DNA of 64,000 bases from Arenicellales bacterium (GCA_965216735.1 OZ244198.1:3009208-3073207), one strand, 5' to 3'; shown: positions 33,391 through 44,197, counted from the stretch's first letter. The notes: generated from the sequence alone by a model not told the origin. Numbers and translations are program-made.

Positions 33391-34695
33391 ATGAACAAAT
33401 CAGATAAGTCACTTTTTCAAACTAATATCGGACGCCGTAAATTTTTAGGTGCCACCGCTGCGGGTATTGGAACTGCGATGACGGCGGGGTTTCCGCGCTT
33501 TGGTTTCGCCGATTCCAAAACCGTTAAGATCGGTATGAACATCCCAATGACAGGTGACTATGCCCCGTGGGGATTGCCCGGTCTTTATGGGTGCGAAATC
33601 GTTGCCAATAGTATTAACGCCAATGGCGGCATAACGGTCGGGAGCGACAACTATATGATCGAGATTGCCGCGTATGATCACGCCTATGACACCGAAAAAG
33701 CGATACAGGGTTATAAAAAGTTAGTGTTAGAAGACGAAGTCGAGATGGTGATGATGCTGGGTGGTTCGACGGTCGCATCGGTACTGCCCTGGGCGCACAG
33801 AAAAAAAATGCTGACAAACACTCTTTTGCCCAGCGATATTACACCTGATACACCGTATCTTACCGCAACTTCCGAATCGCATCCGCTATACAACGTCACC
33901 GGGGTTGAGTGGTTGGCAGAAAATTTTCCGGATGCCAAAACAGCGGTCATTGTCACCACCGATGATATTGAATATGGGAAGCAGTCTGCGGCTACGTACA
34001 AAGCGGCATTTGAAGTGGCGGGTATTGAAGTACTGGATACCAACTTCCATGGCTTCGACGTTACTGACTTCGCCCCCATCGTAAGTTCTCTACTGGCCAA
34101 CAAACCGGATATCTTCTGCATGGCCACGGATGTTTATACCACACCACTGGTTGAACAGCTGTTTCATCAAGGGTTCGAGGGTAAAATCGTATCTTGCACC
34201 CTTGATCTCTATGAAGAGGTCATCGCCAAGACCAGTCAGGATTTTGTGGAAGGTTTGATCTTTCAGTTCCCGGACTTCGATGATCCTGCACTGGAGTCTA
34301 ACGATCAGGTTTACTTCCCGAGTCCCAGCCCCGGTGAATTCGATGCGGCATTCAAGAAAGATCACGCAGGTGAATGGTCGGCAGTGGCATGGGAATACCC
34401 GTCTAGTTTGCAGATTTGGGCCGATACAGCGGTTGCCGCCGGCAGTATTGAGCCGATGGATGTTCTTGAGACGTTAAAAGCAAATCCAACACCATCACAT
34501 GCTTTTGGACCGGCTAATTGGTGGGGCAAAGATTTGTGGGGACAGGACAATGCCGTTATTGGTCATTGGCCGGTCGTCACCATGCAGGGTGGACGGGCTC
34601 GCATCGTTGAGTTTAGAAACGTCTATGACTGGTTACAAAAAAATACTGATGTGTTGAAGAAACACATGCAGGAATTAGACTTAAGGACGGTCTAA
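33391..34695 (+). CDS. ABC transporter substrate-binding protein (Liv/HAAT family), Tat signal
   Basis: GRRKFLG twin-arginine leader; INANGGI; TDFAPIVSSLLA. Confidence 0.9.
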   Translation: MNKSDKSLFQTNIGRRKFLGATAAGIGTAMTAGFPRFGFADSKTVKIGMNIPMTGDYAPWGLPGLYGCEIVANSINANGGITVGSDNYMIEIAAYDHAYDTEKAIQGYKKLVLEDEVEMVMMLGGSTVASVLPWAHRKKMLTNTLLPSDITPDTPYLTATSESHPLYNVTGVEWLAENFPDAKTAVIVTTDDIEYGKQSAATYKAAFEVAGIEVLDTNFHGFDVTDFAPIVSSLLANKPDIFCMATDVYTTPLVEQLFHQGFEGKIVSCTLDLYEEVIAKTSQDFVEGLIFQFPDFDDPALESNDQVYFPSPSPGEFDAAFKKDHAGEWSAVAWEYPSSLQIWADTAVAAGSIEPMDVLETLKANPTPSHAFGPANWWGKDLWGQDNAVIGHWPVVTMQGGRARIVEFRNVYDWLQKNTDVLKKHMQELDLRTV

Positions 34696-34709
34696 TTTTA
34701 TGAGTTCGT

Positions 34710-34742
34710 AAAAAAGGGGAAAGCGTGGCTTTCCCCTTTTTT
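34710..34742 (+). terminator. Intrinsic terminator/stabilising hairpin after the SBP gene
   Basis: AAAAAAGGGGAAAGC-GTG-GCTTTCCCCTTTTTT. Confidence 0.85.
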
Positions 34743-34780
34743 AGAAGAATAATAATTTGTTATCCACAAAAGGAAACGCA

Positions 34781-35650
34781 GTGGAGCTATTCCTTCAGTC
34801 TATTGTCAACAGCCTAATTCAAGGTGGTTTTTTTGTTCTTTGGGCCGTTGGTTTAGTACTCATATTCGGTGTAATGGGGGTGGTGAACTTTGCACATGGC
34901 GAACTGGTCATGGTGGGTGCCTACACCATCTGGTTACTACATGCCCAAAACGGGGTTCCGTTTTTGGTGGCCTTGGTCATTGCGGTTATTGTCGTGATGA
35001 TGATCGGCTTATTAATGGAACGGTTTTTATTTCGCCCCAAACGAGACGACCCTTTGGGAGGATTGATTTGTTCCATCGGTGTTTTATTTATTCTGCAGGT
35101 TGTTGCACACGTCGTCGGTGGAACCGGGCCGTCGAAACAAGTACCCCCGCCATTTCACGGAACATTGATTCTGTTCGATTTCCTTCGCATCCCCTACCAA
35201 CGGCTGTTCGCCATTGGGGTGTCCGCTGCGGCTCTGGCATTACTGTGGTATTTCCTGACTCGAACGAAACTCGGATGGTCCTTGCGCGCGGTAGCACTTG
35301 ACAGAGAGGCGTCCGCGTTACAAGGGATTAATATCAACCGCACTTCCATGATCGCTATCGGTGTTGGCACCGCGATGGCCGGCCTTGCCGGTGGCTTGAT
35401 GGCGCCACTGACGAATATCAATCCACACATGGGTCACAATGTCATTATTACCGCCTTTATCGTTACCATCGTTGGCGGTGTCGGCAGTTTGTCCGGTGCT
35501 GTGATGGCGGGCATTCTTTATGCTGTTTTTCATACCTTTATCACTGCCTACTTTAGCGGAGTGATCGCCACCATATGCGGATTGCTTATCATGGTCGTGG
35601 TATTGATCTTCAAACCGACCGGTATCATGGGCACCCAGGTGAGCGAATAA
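34781..35650 (+). CDS. ABC permease, LivH-like
   Basis: GLVLIFGVMGVVNFAHGE, IVGGVGS; GTG start. Confidence 0.92.
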   Translation: MELFLQSIVNSLIQGGFFVLWAVGLVLIFGVMGVVNFAHGELVMVGAYTIWLLHAQNGVPFLVALVIAVIVVMMIGLLMERFLFRPKRDDPLGGLICSIGVLFILQVVAHVVGGTGPSKQVPPPFHGTLILFDFLRIPYQRLFAIGVSAAALALLWYFLTRTKLGWSLRAVALDREASALQGININRTSMIAIGVGTAMAGLAGGLMAPLTNINPHMGHNVIITAFIVTIVGGVGSLSGAVMAGILYAVFHTFITAYFSGVIATICGLLIMVVVLIFKPTGIMGTQVSE

Positions 35651-35654
35651 AATA

Positions 35655-36698
35655 GTGAACACCGGATTAAAAAAAGCAATCGGCCTGGTTGTCTTTCTGA
35701 CGGGTCTTTCGATCTTGCCGCATTTCCTCAAATTTCATCACCAGGATCTCATGATTTTTTTGGTGATCAATGTACTGGTGGTCGTGAGTTACCGCCTGGT
35801 CACACTCACCGGTGAATGGTCGTTAATCCATATCATCATGATGGGAGTGGGCGCCTATACTAGTGCCTTGTTGACAAAACAATTCGATATTTCGTTCTGG
35901 ATCAGTATGCCACTGGCCGGCATGGTCGCAGCCGCGATCGCGGCGTTACTTTGTTTTCCGCTATTTCGCACCAGCCAATTCTATTTTCTAATCGGATCAT
36001 TTGCTGCAGGAGAGGCGATACGGTTGTGCTGGACTTATTTTGTAAAACCCTTCGGAGGTTCAAGCGGCTTGAGTACCATACCCGGTCCGGAGGCCCCGGC
36101 GTTCACGAGTATAGACTTTCTAGACCCTATTCCCTATTACTATTTATGTCTGGCAGTCGTTACTCTCTGCCTGTTTATCCTCTATCGTATTGAGAATTCG
36201 CGTGTCGGCCTGACTCTGAATGCCGTCCACTGGAAGGCTCCGCTGGCGGAGTCGGTGGGAGTTAATACATGGCGGTACCGCTCGCTCGCTTTCATTATCG
36301 GATCTTTGTTTGTTGGCATCGCTGGCGCGTTGAAAGTACATTATCTGGGCACCGTAACTCCTCATCAGTTTGGCATCGGGGTGATGGTGTTTGTTCTCGT
36401 TTGGGTCATTGTCGGTGGCTACACCACATTCTATGGGCCCATTTTGGGAGTAGTCGTTTTAACCATTCTTGATGAATCGTTTCGCGGTTTTGAAGATATC
36501 CGTCCGGCCATCTACGGAGCAATCCTGATCGCCTCTATTATGTTCCTTCCTGCAGGTTTGGAAAGTTTACCCGGCAAAATCATGACCTGGCTCGGCATTG
36601 GGCGATCAGACGAGGAAGAAGGGCTGCGCTACGGTGCGGATGGGAAACGGTTGGAACAGGAAAGGACTTCATTGTGGTATTTATTCCGTAAACCCTGA
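35655..36698 (+). CDS. ABC permease, LivM-like
   Basis: [31 protein letters not shown]. Confidence 0.9.
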   Translation: MNTGLKKAIGLVVFLTGLSILPHFLKFHHQDLMIFLVINVLVVVSYRLVTLTGEWSLIHIIMMGVGAYTSALLTKQFDISFWISMPLAGMVAAAIAALLCFPLFRTSQFYFLIGSFAAGEAIRLCWTYFVKPFGGSSGLSTIPGPEAPAFTSIDFLDPIPYYYLCLAVVTLCLFILYRIENSRVGLTLNAVHWKAPLAESVGVNTWRYRSLAFIIGSLFVGIAGALKVHYLGTVTPHQFGIGVMVFVLVWVIVGGYTTFYGPILGVVVLTILDESFRGFEDIRPAIYGAILIASIMFLPAGLESLPGKIMTWLGIGRSDEEEGLRYGADGKRLEQERTSLWYLFRKP

Positions 36699-36741
36699 AT
36701 TTCCTAATACAAACAAAAATAATTTATACGGAAAATATCCG

Positions 36742-37497
36742 ATGGCTGTACTTGAAATTAAAAATGTGACCAAACACTTCGGTGGTCTGACCGCGCTTAA
36801 TGATGTCAGTTTCCAAGTAGAGCAAGGTGAAATACGCGGATTGATTGGACCAAACGGTGCCGGGAAAAGCACCATGTTCAAAAATATCGCGGGCTTCTAC
36901 TCACCGACTAAAGGAGAGATTATTTATCAAGAGCGAAATATCGCGGGGATGCCGCCGAGCGCTGTAGCGGCATTAGGTATTGTGCGCACCTTTCAGGAAA
37001 CAACTTTATTCCAGGAGTTAACGGTCTTTGAGAATGCTCTGGTCGGTTGCCACATCAAGGCTCGCTCAAACATATTTTCAGCAATCTTCGGTATCGATAG
37101 CGCAAAACAAAAACGTGCAAAAGAGAAGGCCCTTGAAGTATTGGAATTTATGGGTATGTCGAAGAGGAAAGATCAACTTGCATCAGCATTGCCATTAGGA
37201 TCCCAGCGCACCCTTGCAATATCCATTGCGCTCACGGCCGAACCAAAAATTCTGTTAATGGACGAACCATTTGCCGGTATGAATCCGGAAGAAACCAGTC
37301 ATATGATGGAATTGACTAAGAAGGTGCGGGAATCTGGAATTACCATCGTGCTCGTCGAACATGATATGAAAGCGGTCATGGGATTGTGCAATTATCTCAC
37401 CGTACTCAATTTCGGACAGTTGCTGGCGGAAGGTACACCTGAAGAAATCCGGAATAATGAACAGGTGATCGAAGCCTATCTGGGTAGGGCAAACTAA
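36742..37497 (+). CDS. ABC ATPase, LivG-like
   Basis: [32 protein letters not shown]. Confidence 0.93.
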   Translation: MAVLEIKNVTKHFGGLTALNDVSFQVEQGEIRGLIGPNGAGKSTMFKNIAGFYSPTKGEIIYQERNIAGMPPSAVAALGIVRTFQETTLFQELTVFENALVGCHIKARSNIFSAIFGIDSAKQKRAKEKALEVLEFMGMSKRKDQLASALPLGSQRTLAISIALTAEPKILLMDEPFAGMNPEETSHMMELTKKVRESGITIVLVEHDMKAVMGLCNYLTVLNFGQLLAEGTPEEIRNNEQVIEAYLGRAN

Positions 37498-37498
37498 C

Positions 37499-38206
37499 AT
37501 GCTGTTACAAATAAAAGATGTTCATGTTCACTATCAAAAAGTAGCAGCCATTAAAGGCATTTCCATGGAAGTGGGGGAATCCGATTTTGTCACTCTGATT
37601 GGATCGAACGGCGCAGGCAAAAGCACGACATTACGCACGATATCGGGTTTGGAGCATCCAAGTGCCGGAGAGATTCACTTCGATGGAAAGCGAATTGACA
37701 AACTTCCCGCGGACAAAATCCTGAAACTCGGCATTGCTCACGTCCCGGAAGGACGTCGTGTATTCAAGGGCCTGACAGTATATGAAAATTTGCAGCTCGG
37801 TGCATTTGTTCGGGATGACACTGACGAAATTGAAAAAGATCTGGAAAATGTATTCGAACGCTTTCCACGTTTACGCGAGCGTAAAGATCAACTGGCTAAA
37901 ACCATGAGTGGCGGCGAACAACAGATGCTGGCTATCGGCCGTGCCCTGATGTCGAAGCCACGTTTGCTGTTACTCGATGAGCCTTCCCTAGGGATAGCAC
38001 CCATCATCGTTCAGGACATTGCGCGTATTTTACGGGAAATAAATAAACAAGGCGTTTCCATCGTTTTGGTGGAACAGAATGCCGAACTGGCATTAGAACT
38101 TGCGTGTCACGGTTACGTATTGGAAACAGGAACGATAGCCCTGGAAGGCGAAGCGAAAGGCCTGGCTGACAACGAGCACGTTAAGAAAGCATACTTAGGA
38201 ATATAA
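37499..38206 (+). CDS. ABC ATPase, LivF-like
   Basis: GSNGAGKST, VPEGRRVF, MSGGEQQMLA, LDEPSLG. Confidence 0.94.
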   Translation: MLLQIKDVHVHYQKVAAIKGISMEVGESDFVTLIGSNGAGKSTTLRTISGLEHPSAGEIHFDGKRIDKLPADKILKLGIAHVPEGRRVFKGLTVYENLQLGAFVRDDTDEIEKDLENVFERFPRLRERKDQLAKTMSGGEQQMLAIGRALMSKPRLLLLDEPSLGIAPIIVQDIARILREINKQGVSIVLVEQNAELALELACHGYVLETGTIALEGEAKGLADNEHVKKAYLGI

Positions 38207-38438
38207 CGCTTTGCGGCTTCTTGAATTCACCGGGGATACTTCAATATATTTCCACCAGAAATTTTCCAGTAGATTTTACGGGACAGAAACGCAGGATCGC
38301 CCGCATGGGTCGATTGCGATTTTTACCTTGCCATCGTTAGATTTGCCTTGGGGCACCAAGAATACACCTGCTGAATACGCCCTATCCAAAATCCAAATAT
38401 CGATAAAAAGTTGCAGTCCTCAAATTACCTTTGGTTAT

Positions 38439-38452
38439 TTGATCTGAATCAA
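38439..38452. promoter_or_regulatory. FNR/Anr/FixK-type box
   Basis: Perfect TTGAT-CTGA-ATCAA with TAACAT at 38474, class II spacing, upstream of the CBS gene. Confidence 0.7.
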
Positions 38453-38586
38453 CTGTTCTATACATTAATCACTTAACATGAATTTCACGATACGATATCA
38501 ATCAAGATAGCGGGAGCTGTGCGCAGGGACCCCCCCAACACCACGCAGCTATCTATCTGATACGCCACCTTTACAACCGAAACCAA

Positions 38587-39024
38587 TTGACAAGCAAGAT
38601 GAAACAAGACCTCGTAAAAGACTGGATGGCCACCGACGTAATATCCGTTGAACCTGAAACCACTCTCCATGACGCGCATAAATTAATGAAGAAACATAGT
38701 CTGCGCAGACTGCCGGTTCTCAAAAACGGAAAACTTGCCGGCATTGTGACCCTCAGCGATGTTTTAGAGGCCGAGCCATCGGATGCCACAACGTTGAGCG
38801 TATACGAGTTAAATTATCTGTTGGCAAAGCTGACGGTAAACAAAATCATGACTAAGGCCCCGATAACCGTTCAAACTGACGCCCCCCTGGGACAAGTCGC
38901 GGAGATTATGTTGGAGAAAAAGATTGGCGGTTTACCGGTTGTCGACAATACCGGGAACCTCGTCGGTATCATCACCGAATCAGACATCTTTCGTCGCGTC
39001 GTAAAGGGTTGGAGTGACGAGTAG
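38587..39024 (+). CDS. CBS-domain pair protein (AcuB-like)
   Basis: RRLPV, GIVTLSD, GGLPVVD, GIITESDIF. Confidence 0.9.
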   Translation: MTSKMKQDLVKDWMATDVISVEPETTLHDAHKLMKKHSLRRLPVLKNGKLAGIVTLSDVLEAEPSDATTLSVYELNYLLAKLTVNKIMTKAPITVQTDAPLGQVAEIMLEKKIGGLPVVDNTGNLVGIITESDIFRRVVKGWSDE

Positions 39025-39158
39025 CGTTTGAACCCATGGAGTATGTCAACGATACGTGGAGGCGCAAAACGGTCCGAAATGGTAGTGGCAATACTTTCGT
39101 ATCTTTTATTTTGCAACATTGAGTCGATAAAGCGCATACCTACTCAGGAGGGCTGGTC

Positions 39159-39740
39159 TTATTTCTCGGGGAAAAGGGGTGCGGGTAAATCATAAAATTC
39201 AATATCTGCACTAGGCCGGCCATTCCGTCTTTGGTCAGGTTGCTTACCGGATTTTTTTTCTCCACTGACGACTTCTCCAACCTGTTGCATTCCTTCGGCT
39301 AATTTTTTACTCGCCGTGACTACTTTTGTGTGTAGTTCGGGGCTAAATGGCAATCGGTAAGCCCTTGGTTTACTGGTGCTAGTGGTAATTTCCGTCGCCC
39401 ATATATAAATCTCACCTTCTTCCCCCGACACTTTGTCTGGTTCGTTTACATAAACTGCGACTAATCGGAAATTTTCCGGCAGTGCAGATTTCGTTGGCCA
39501 ACCCAATAGCGGGGGAAACGAAAAGTACGAGATAACATAGAAAGCCGATACGATAATAATCAGACCCGCTTTAACCGGCCATGACCAGCTCGAATACAGA
39601 TTTACCCCCAGTAACAGCACCGCGACCAAAACATACGCGGTAATTAACCCGGAGACTCCTAAAGTAAACATCTTTTCAACCGCAATCTTGTTATCCAGAT
39701 CGTTACGAAAACGATCCACCCTCGTATGAGGCGCTGACAC
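39159..39740 (-). CDS. Conserved hypothetical membrane protein (third gene of MotA-like trio)
   Basis: Two TM helices, LGWP, IYIWA, PRAYRLPF. Confidence 0.75.
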   Translation of the reverse strand: MSAPHTRVDRFRNDLDNKIAVEKMFTLGVSGLITAYVLVAVLLLGVNLYSSWSWPVKAGLIIIVSAFYVISYFSFPPLLGWPTKSALPENFRLVAVYVNEPDKVSGEEGEIYIWATEITTSTSKPRAYRLPFSPELHTKVVTASKKLAEGMQQVGEVVSGEKKSGKQPDQRRNGRPSADIEFYDLPAPLFPEK

Positions 39741-39778
39741 ATTATTGCCTGATACAAAACCATCCCTACAGGAGTTTG

Positions 39779-40393
39779 TTATCCAAATGTAACGAGGCGC
39801 TTAAATAAGCGGTTTATGTTCGTCATCTTACCCTCCGGTTCAATTACAAAACGCACCGCTGTGTGTTCAGCCCCCTGCTTTTCCATTGTAATATGATCGT
39901 AGTAAAGGATTTCGAGAGCGGGGTTTACCTTGGCGACCTTAACGGAAACTTTAACTGGTTGTCCCGTTTCTGATGCGTAGTAATGCAGGTTTACAACGTA
40001 CTCACCGGGCACGACGCCGCGAATAGTAACAATTTCTTGATTCAGCGGGTTTTGTATCAATTCACCGTTAATATCAATTGTATCGTTTAGCGTACCGCGA
40101 TCGTCGCGGTCCAAATGGATAAGACCCGCCTCCTTCCTACGAAACCAGATCAGATTGCCGTTCGGGTCTTCAACCCAGGTATCAATATCATCCGGGTTGT
40201 CGTCAGGCCAAGTAACAGTAATGATGTACTCGGCCTTTGGATCGATGATTCCCTTTTTCGCGATGGGATTCATAAACATGATGGCGACTAAAAATAGAAA
40301 CGTAAATCCCAACAAAGCATTAAAAAGCAAATCCGTGAATGGATCTGATTTGTTGTGGCGTTTATAGGAAGATTGGCCGAACCAGATCATCAA
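39779..40393 (-). CDS. Membrane-anchored protein with ExbD/MotB-like TM aspartate
   Basis: PFTDLLFNALLGF TM segment, WPD...DIDTWV...HLDRDD, PGEYVVNLHYY. Confidence 0.75.
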   Translation of the reverse strand: MMIWFGQSSYKRHNKSDPFTDLLFNALLGFTFLFLVAIMFMNPIAKKGIIDPKAEYIITVTWPDDNPDDIDTWVEDPNGNLIWFRRKEAGLIHLDRDDRGTLNDTIDINGELIQNPLNQEIVTIRGVVPGEYVVNLHYYASETGQPVKVSVKVAKVNPALEILYYDHITMEKQGAEHTAVRFVIEPEGKMTNINRLFKRLVTFG

Positions 40394-41175
40394 TCTGTGT
40401 CTTCTTTGCCGGATCCGGAATTTCTTCCGCGAAGGTGTATTTCCGCTACACGGATGGCTCGCTCCAACAACTCATCTGCACCCCGGTCAAGAATCTGATA
40501 TTGTACGGCCAACAGTACGCTCCCGACGAGCCCAGCCAACGTTGTGTACAATGCAGTACCCATCCCGCTACTCATCTGCTTAAGCACTTTTTGCATGGTG
40601 TTGACATCCAGTGTCGGTGTATTCGCGACCGAACTAAGCATGAATATAAATCCGACAATGGTGCCCAGCAGACCCAGTTTAATCATTATGTCAACGATAA
40701 ACCAACCGTATTCATGAGGCCCTTTAATTTTAGAGGCGTAAACTTCGGACAAGGGTTCATTGGACAGGTTGGCGTCCGTTGAATGCCGTGTATTCATCGT
40801 CAACAAAACGTCACTAAGATAGTGACTAATCATGCTATCCGGTAACGCACCACCTTCTTTGGTTTGAATTCGTGAACCGATCACTCGAAAACCCTTGCCT
40901 GAATATTGCTGAATAAGTTCCTCGACGGTATTGGCAACATTGAGTTCGTTGGAAATCTCTATAAACCTAACCGCGCAGTGAATAGTGCCGATGATGTATA
41001 GCAATCCGATCGCGAACGAAATTTTACTCCGATCACCCGCAATTAATCTGTTAATTAACTCCTCGTTCCATGCGACGATAAATCCGAACACCACAACACC
41101 GGTGAAGATAAGCCAGATCAACAATAAAGAATGTTTCGATTTTCGCATCCCAACTCCTCGATTGGATAATGGCAT
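40390..41175 (-). CDS. MotA/TolQ/ExbB proton-channel family protein
   Basis: LGLLGTIVGFI and GMGTALYTTLAGL. Confidence 0.88.
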   Translation of the reverse strand: MPLSNRGVGMRKSKHSLLLIWLIFTGVVVFGFIVAWNEELINRLIAGDRSKISFAIGLLYIIGTIHCAVRFIEISNELNVANTVEELIQQYSGKGFRVIGSRIQTKEGGALPDSMISHYLSDVLLTMNTRHSTDANLSNEPLSEVYASKIKGPHEYGWFIVDIMIKLGLLGTIVGFIFMLSSVANTPTLDVNTMQKVLKQMSSGMGTALYTTLAGLVGSVLLAVQYQILDRGADELLERAIRVAEIHLRGRNSGSGKEDTD

Positions 41176-41256
41176 TACCGTTTCAACAAATAAAGACTAT
41201 TGCATAGCCATTATTTTAACGACTAAACGGTATCTAAATGCAGCCGATCCAATCAA

Positions 41257-41991
41257 TCAAGTATCAAATGACTCCAGTTCTACAATGATCTCTCCCTGAT
41301 TTAACGTGTGGCTGTCAGTGGTTTCTTTACGTGTGAATCTTACAAGACCGACCCCAGGGGCATACCAACTGACTTCATCAATATCAATTATTGTTGTTCC
41401 AACTAAAAACCCTTTGTAGTTTTTGAGATCAACGTTTTTCGACCCGTGTTTCACGATCTTGATGCAATCAACATAAATACCCGCCGGTACATTTACCGTA
41501 TCATCCGTTGTTTCAATAGTAACGGATAGGGGTATTTCAGTCGTAAACTCGATCCGTTTATATATAGGTGGCACGACTCTGTGCAACAGCTTTGTAGTTG
41601 TAGTTTCTTGCCATTGAATACCTTTCTGCAAAGGGTAGCGAAAAATATAGCGTTCATTCCGTTCAAATAAACCCGATTGGGTTTGCTGTCCCACAAACAT
41701 CGGACCCTTTTCCGTCTCACGGTAATAAAGGAGTGTTCCGTCCATCGATTTACGGATCGAGGCATACTCATCATTGAATTTATCGTTAGGCAGGCTGACA
41801 AAAATATACTTTTGATTTTTCGTACTCCCACGGATTGTCTTTGTGACCTTGTAACTCCACTGCATGCCTTCCTGCAAAGGAAAATAGCTTTGTTCACGTT
41901 TACCGCATCCAGGGAGCAGGAAAAGACACGCAGTAAAAATAAAAATGATTAAAAAATAACGCTTCATTAAAAGACGAAATTCCACACTCAA
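41257..41991 (-). CDS. Hypothetical lipoprotein
   Basis: Lipobox LLPGC; YFPL...W.Y, TVNVPAG, WYAPGVGLVR. Confidence 0.75.
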   Translation of the reverse strand: MSVEFRLLMKRYFLIIFIFTACLFLLPGCGKREQSYFPLQEGMQWSYKVTKTIRGSTKNQKYIFVSLPNDKFNDEYASIRKSMDGTLLYYRETEKGPMFVGQQTQSGLFERNERYIFRYPLQKGIQWQETTTTKLLHRVVPPIYKRIEFTTEIPLSVTIETTDDTVNVPAGIYVDCIKIVKHGSKNVDLKNYKGFLVGTTIIDIDEVSWYAPGVGLVRFTRKETTDSHTLNQGEIIVELESFDT

Positions 41992-42879
41992 CTTAGTATC
42001 ACTTAAGCAGCGTTATCTACCGGTGAAATTAGGAAGGTGGTGCACCATCAAAAATAGATCGTACGTAGCTGAATTGGTACCCAATTGACGCATAGCGGTT
42101 CAATTCAGAATAGGTTATGCTTATATGGGAGGAGGACAGTTTAACAAATACGTAAGTAACAGTGACTAGGGGGAAACCTCGTTTCAACGTTGCTTTATTC
42201 TAAGGCGAATTCAACTCGTAAGTGCAACTCATGTAGCGTTTAAGGGATAAGCTGAAATAATGAAGGCTTATCGTCTAGGCAAAGATGAGAAGCACCATGA
42301 ATCACTATACCCAACTTACCCAAAGTCAACGGTATCAGATTTACTCATTGAATAAAGCCAGTCTGAGTTAAAGCTACATTGCGCAGGAGATCGGTAACGG
42401 CAAACACGATCTGTGGCGTTGTCAGGACAATGGTACCGTTTGTTTGTATATAACCGACGAAGCCGAAGCCGCTAACGACGGAATTCCCACCACTGACGCC
42501 GCTGGTTTGTGATCAGTTGGTTACCGAGCGGTAAGTACGGCATTGCTGAAATTAACCCGCAAGTCTTACTCTCGTATGACCCCGCACGGCCGAGCGAGCG
42601 CGATGGACCCGATGATCGGGAATAGGATGAGCGTGGTGACCCCGCCATTCCTTTTAGCGGTGAAGGCAATCGCGAGGATCCGTTCGGTGGGGATATTCCG
42701 CTCGATGATGGCGTCTCGATCGGCATCTTTCCGTTGCGAATCTGCCCGCTTCGATTACCTGCGAACAAATCCCTATTTTCGCAAATCTGAAACGATAAAC
42801 CTCAGATTGAAAACGATTTTGGTAAAAATGTTTATTCCCGACTGGACGAACGGCGAGTGCAATAGGCTTGATCCTTAAG

Positions 42880-43135
42880 CGTCGGGCACTGGTTCCAAAC
42901 TATAGTTGTAGTTAGATGAACCTTCTTTGGGATTAGCACCTATTATCGTGTGGGAAATCGCCAATATTTTGGTCGAAATTAACAAAACGATGTCTCGGTT
43001 GTATTGGTGGAACAAAACGCGGATCTAGCGCTAAACATCACCCGCCACGGTTATGTGCTCGAAACCGGAAATATCACCTTGGAAGGCGAAGCCAGTGGAC
43101 TTACTAATAACGAACACGTTAAAAAGCGTATCTTG
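42880..43135 (+). pseudogene. Degraded 3' fragment of a livF paralog
   Basis: LDEPSLGLAPIIV...INK / VSVVLVEQNADLAL...HVKK / AYL with a stop at 42909 and two frameshifts; parallels 37940-38200. Confidence 0.85.
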
Positions 43136-43314
43136 AAAAAACGGTTAGTGAACCACTGCAAAACGCGTAGCAACGGCCAAAGGACGAAACCGCTATCGCG
43201 GTAGGGGTGGGCGAGGTTGTGTCGTGATCGTCGTAAATTGAGCTAGCAAAATGGGCATCCCCTGTGTTGAGGTTGTGTTGCTACACGACAATCAACAACA
43301 CAGGAGAACATCCC

Positions 43315-44196
43315 ATGGCCCAGTCTAACAAACCCATCAGTGCTTTGCGCCAGCGCATGATTGACGACATGACGCTACGTCAGTTACATCCCAACACACA
43401 ACGCGCCTACCTACTCGCCGTTAAGAAGCTCACGCAGTTTTTGGGTAGCGCGCCCGATGGCGCATCGTCGGAGGATCTGCGTCGGTTCCAAAAACACCTC
43501 GTTGAGCAGGGGGTGTCGAGTCCGACCATCAACGCTACGATCCGTGGATTGCGGTTCTTCTTCGAGATCACCTTGGAGCGCCCACAGAGGCTCAAACGGA
43601 TGAGTCCGGTGCGCGTGCCGGAGCGTTTGCCGGTGGTCTTAAGTAGCGAAGACGTTACCCGTTTATTGAACAGCGCACCGAACCTGAAGTCCAAAGCGGC
43701 GTTGTCGGTGGCCTACGGCGCCGGCTTACGGGCCAGCGAAGTCTGTCACCTGAAGATCACGGACATCGATAGTGAACGAATGATCATCCGCATCGAGCAA
43801 GGTAAAGGCGCGCGTGACCGTCAAGCGATGCTCTCACCGGCGTTACTGTGTTTACTGCGTGCCTGGTGGCGGGAAGGCCGGCGCCGCGGCAAGATGCTGC
43901 CTAATGGTTGGCTTTTCCCGGGCATGAACCCCGTCAATCCACTCTCGCCACGTCAACTCAATCGGATGTGCAAAGTGGCCGCAGCGGCGGCCGAGTTGGA
44001 TCAACGGATCTCCCTGCACACCTTGAGGCACAGCTTCGCAACGCACTTGCTGGAGCAAAAAATCGACATCCGGATTATTCAAGTATTACTCGGCCATAAG
44101 AAGCTGACCACCACGGCACGCTACGCCCATGTCGCCTCCAAGACCTTGACCGAAGTACAAAGTCCCCTCGACAGGTTAACCTTACCCGTGCCGTAA
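43315..44196 (+). CDS. Tyrosine recombinase (phage integrase family)
   Basis: GAGLRASE, GKG, HTLRHSFATHLLE, LLGH, TTARY; AGGAG RBS before ATG 43315. Confidence 0.95.
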   Translation: MAQSNKPISALRQRMIDDMTLRQLHPNTQRAYLLAVKKLTQFLGSAPDGASSEDLRRFQKHLVEQGVSSPTINATIRGLRFFFEITLERPQRLKRMSPVRVPERLPVVLSSEDVTRLLNSAPNLKSKAALSVAYGAGLRASEVCHLKITDIDSERMIIRIEQGKGARDRQAMLSPALLCLLRAWWREGRRRGKMLPNGWLFPGMNPVNPLSPRQLNRMCKVAAAAAELDQRISLHTLRHSFATHLLEQKIDIRIIQVLLGHKKLTTTARYAHVASKTLTEVQSPLDRLTLPVP

Positions 44197-44197
44197 G

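Noticed and set aside
38211-38447. 78-aa ORF after livF
   Set aside because: TTG start, no motif, overlaps the FNR box region
42420-42878. ORFs 42472-42768 and 42543-42878 and an acidic interrupted frame
   Set aside because: Looks like decayed coding sequence but no family could be recognised
43315-44196. Integron integrase IntI
   Set aside because: Lacks the IntI-specific insertion and is coupled to an IS91 transposase
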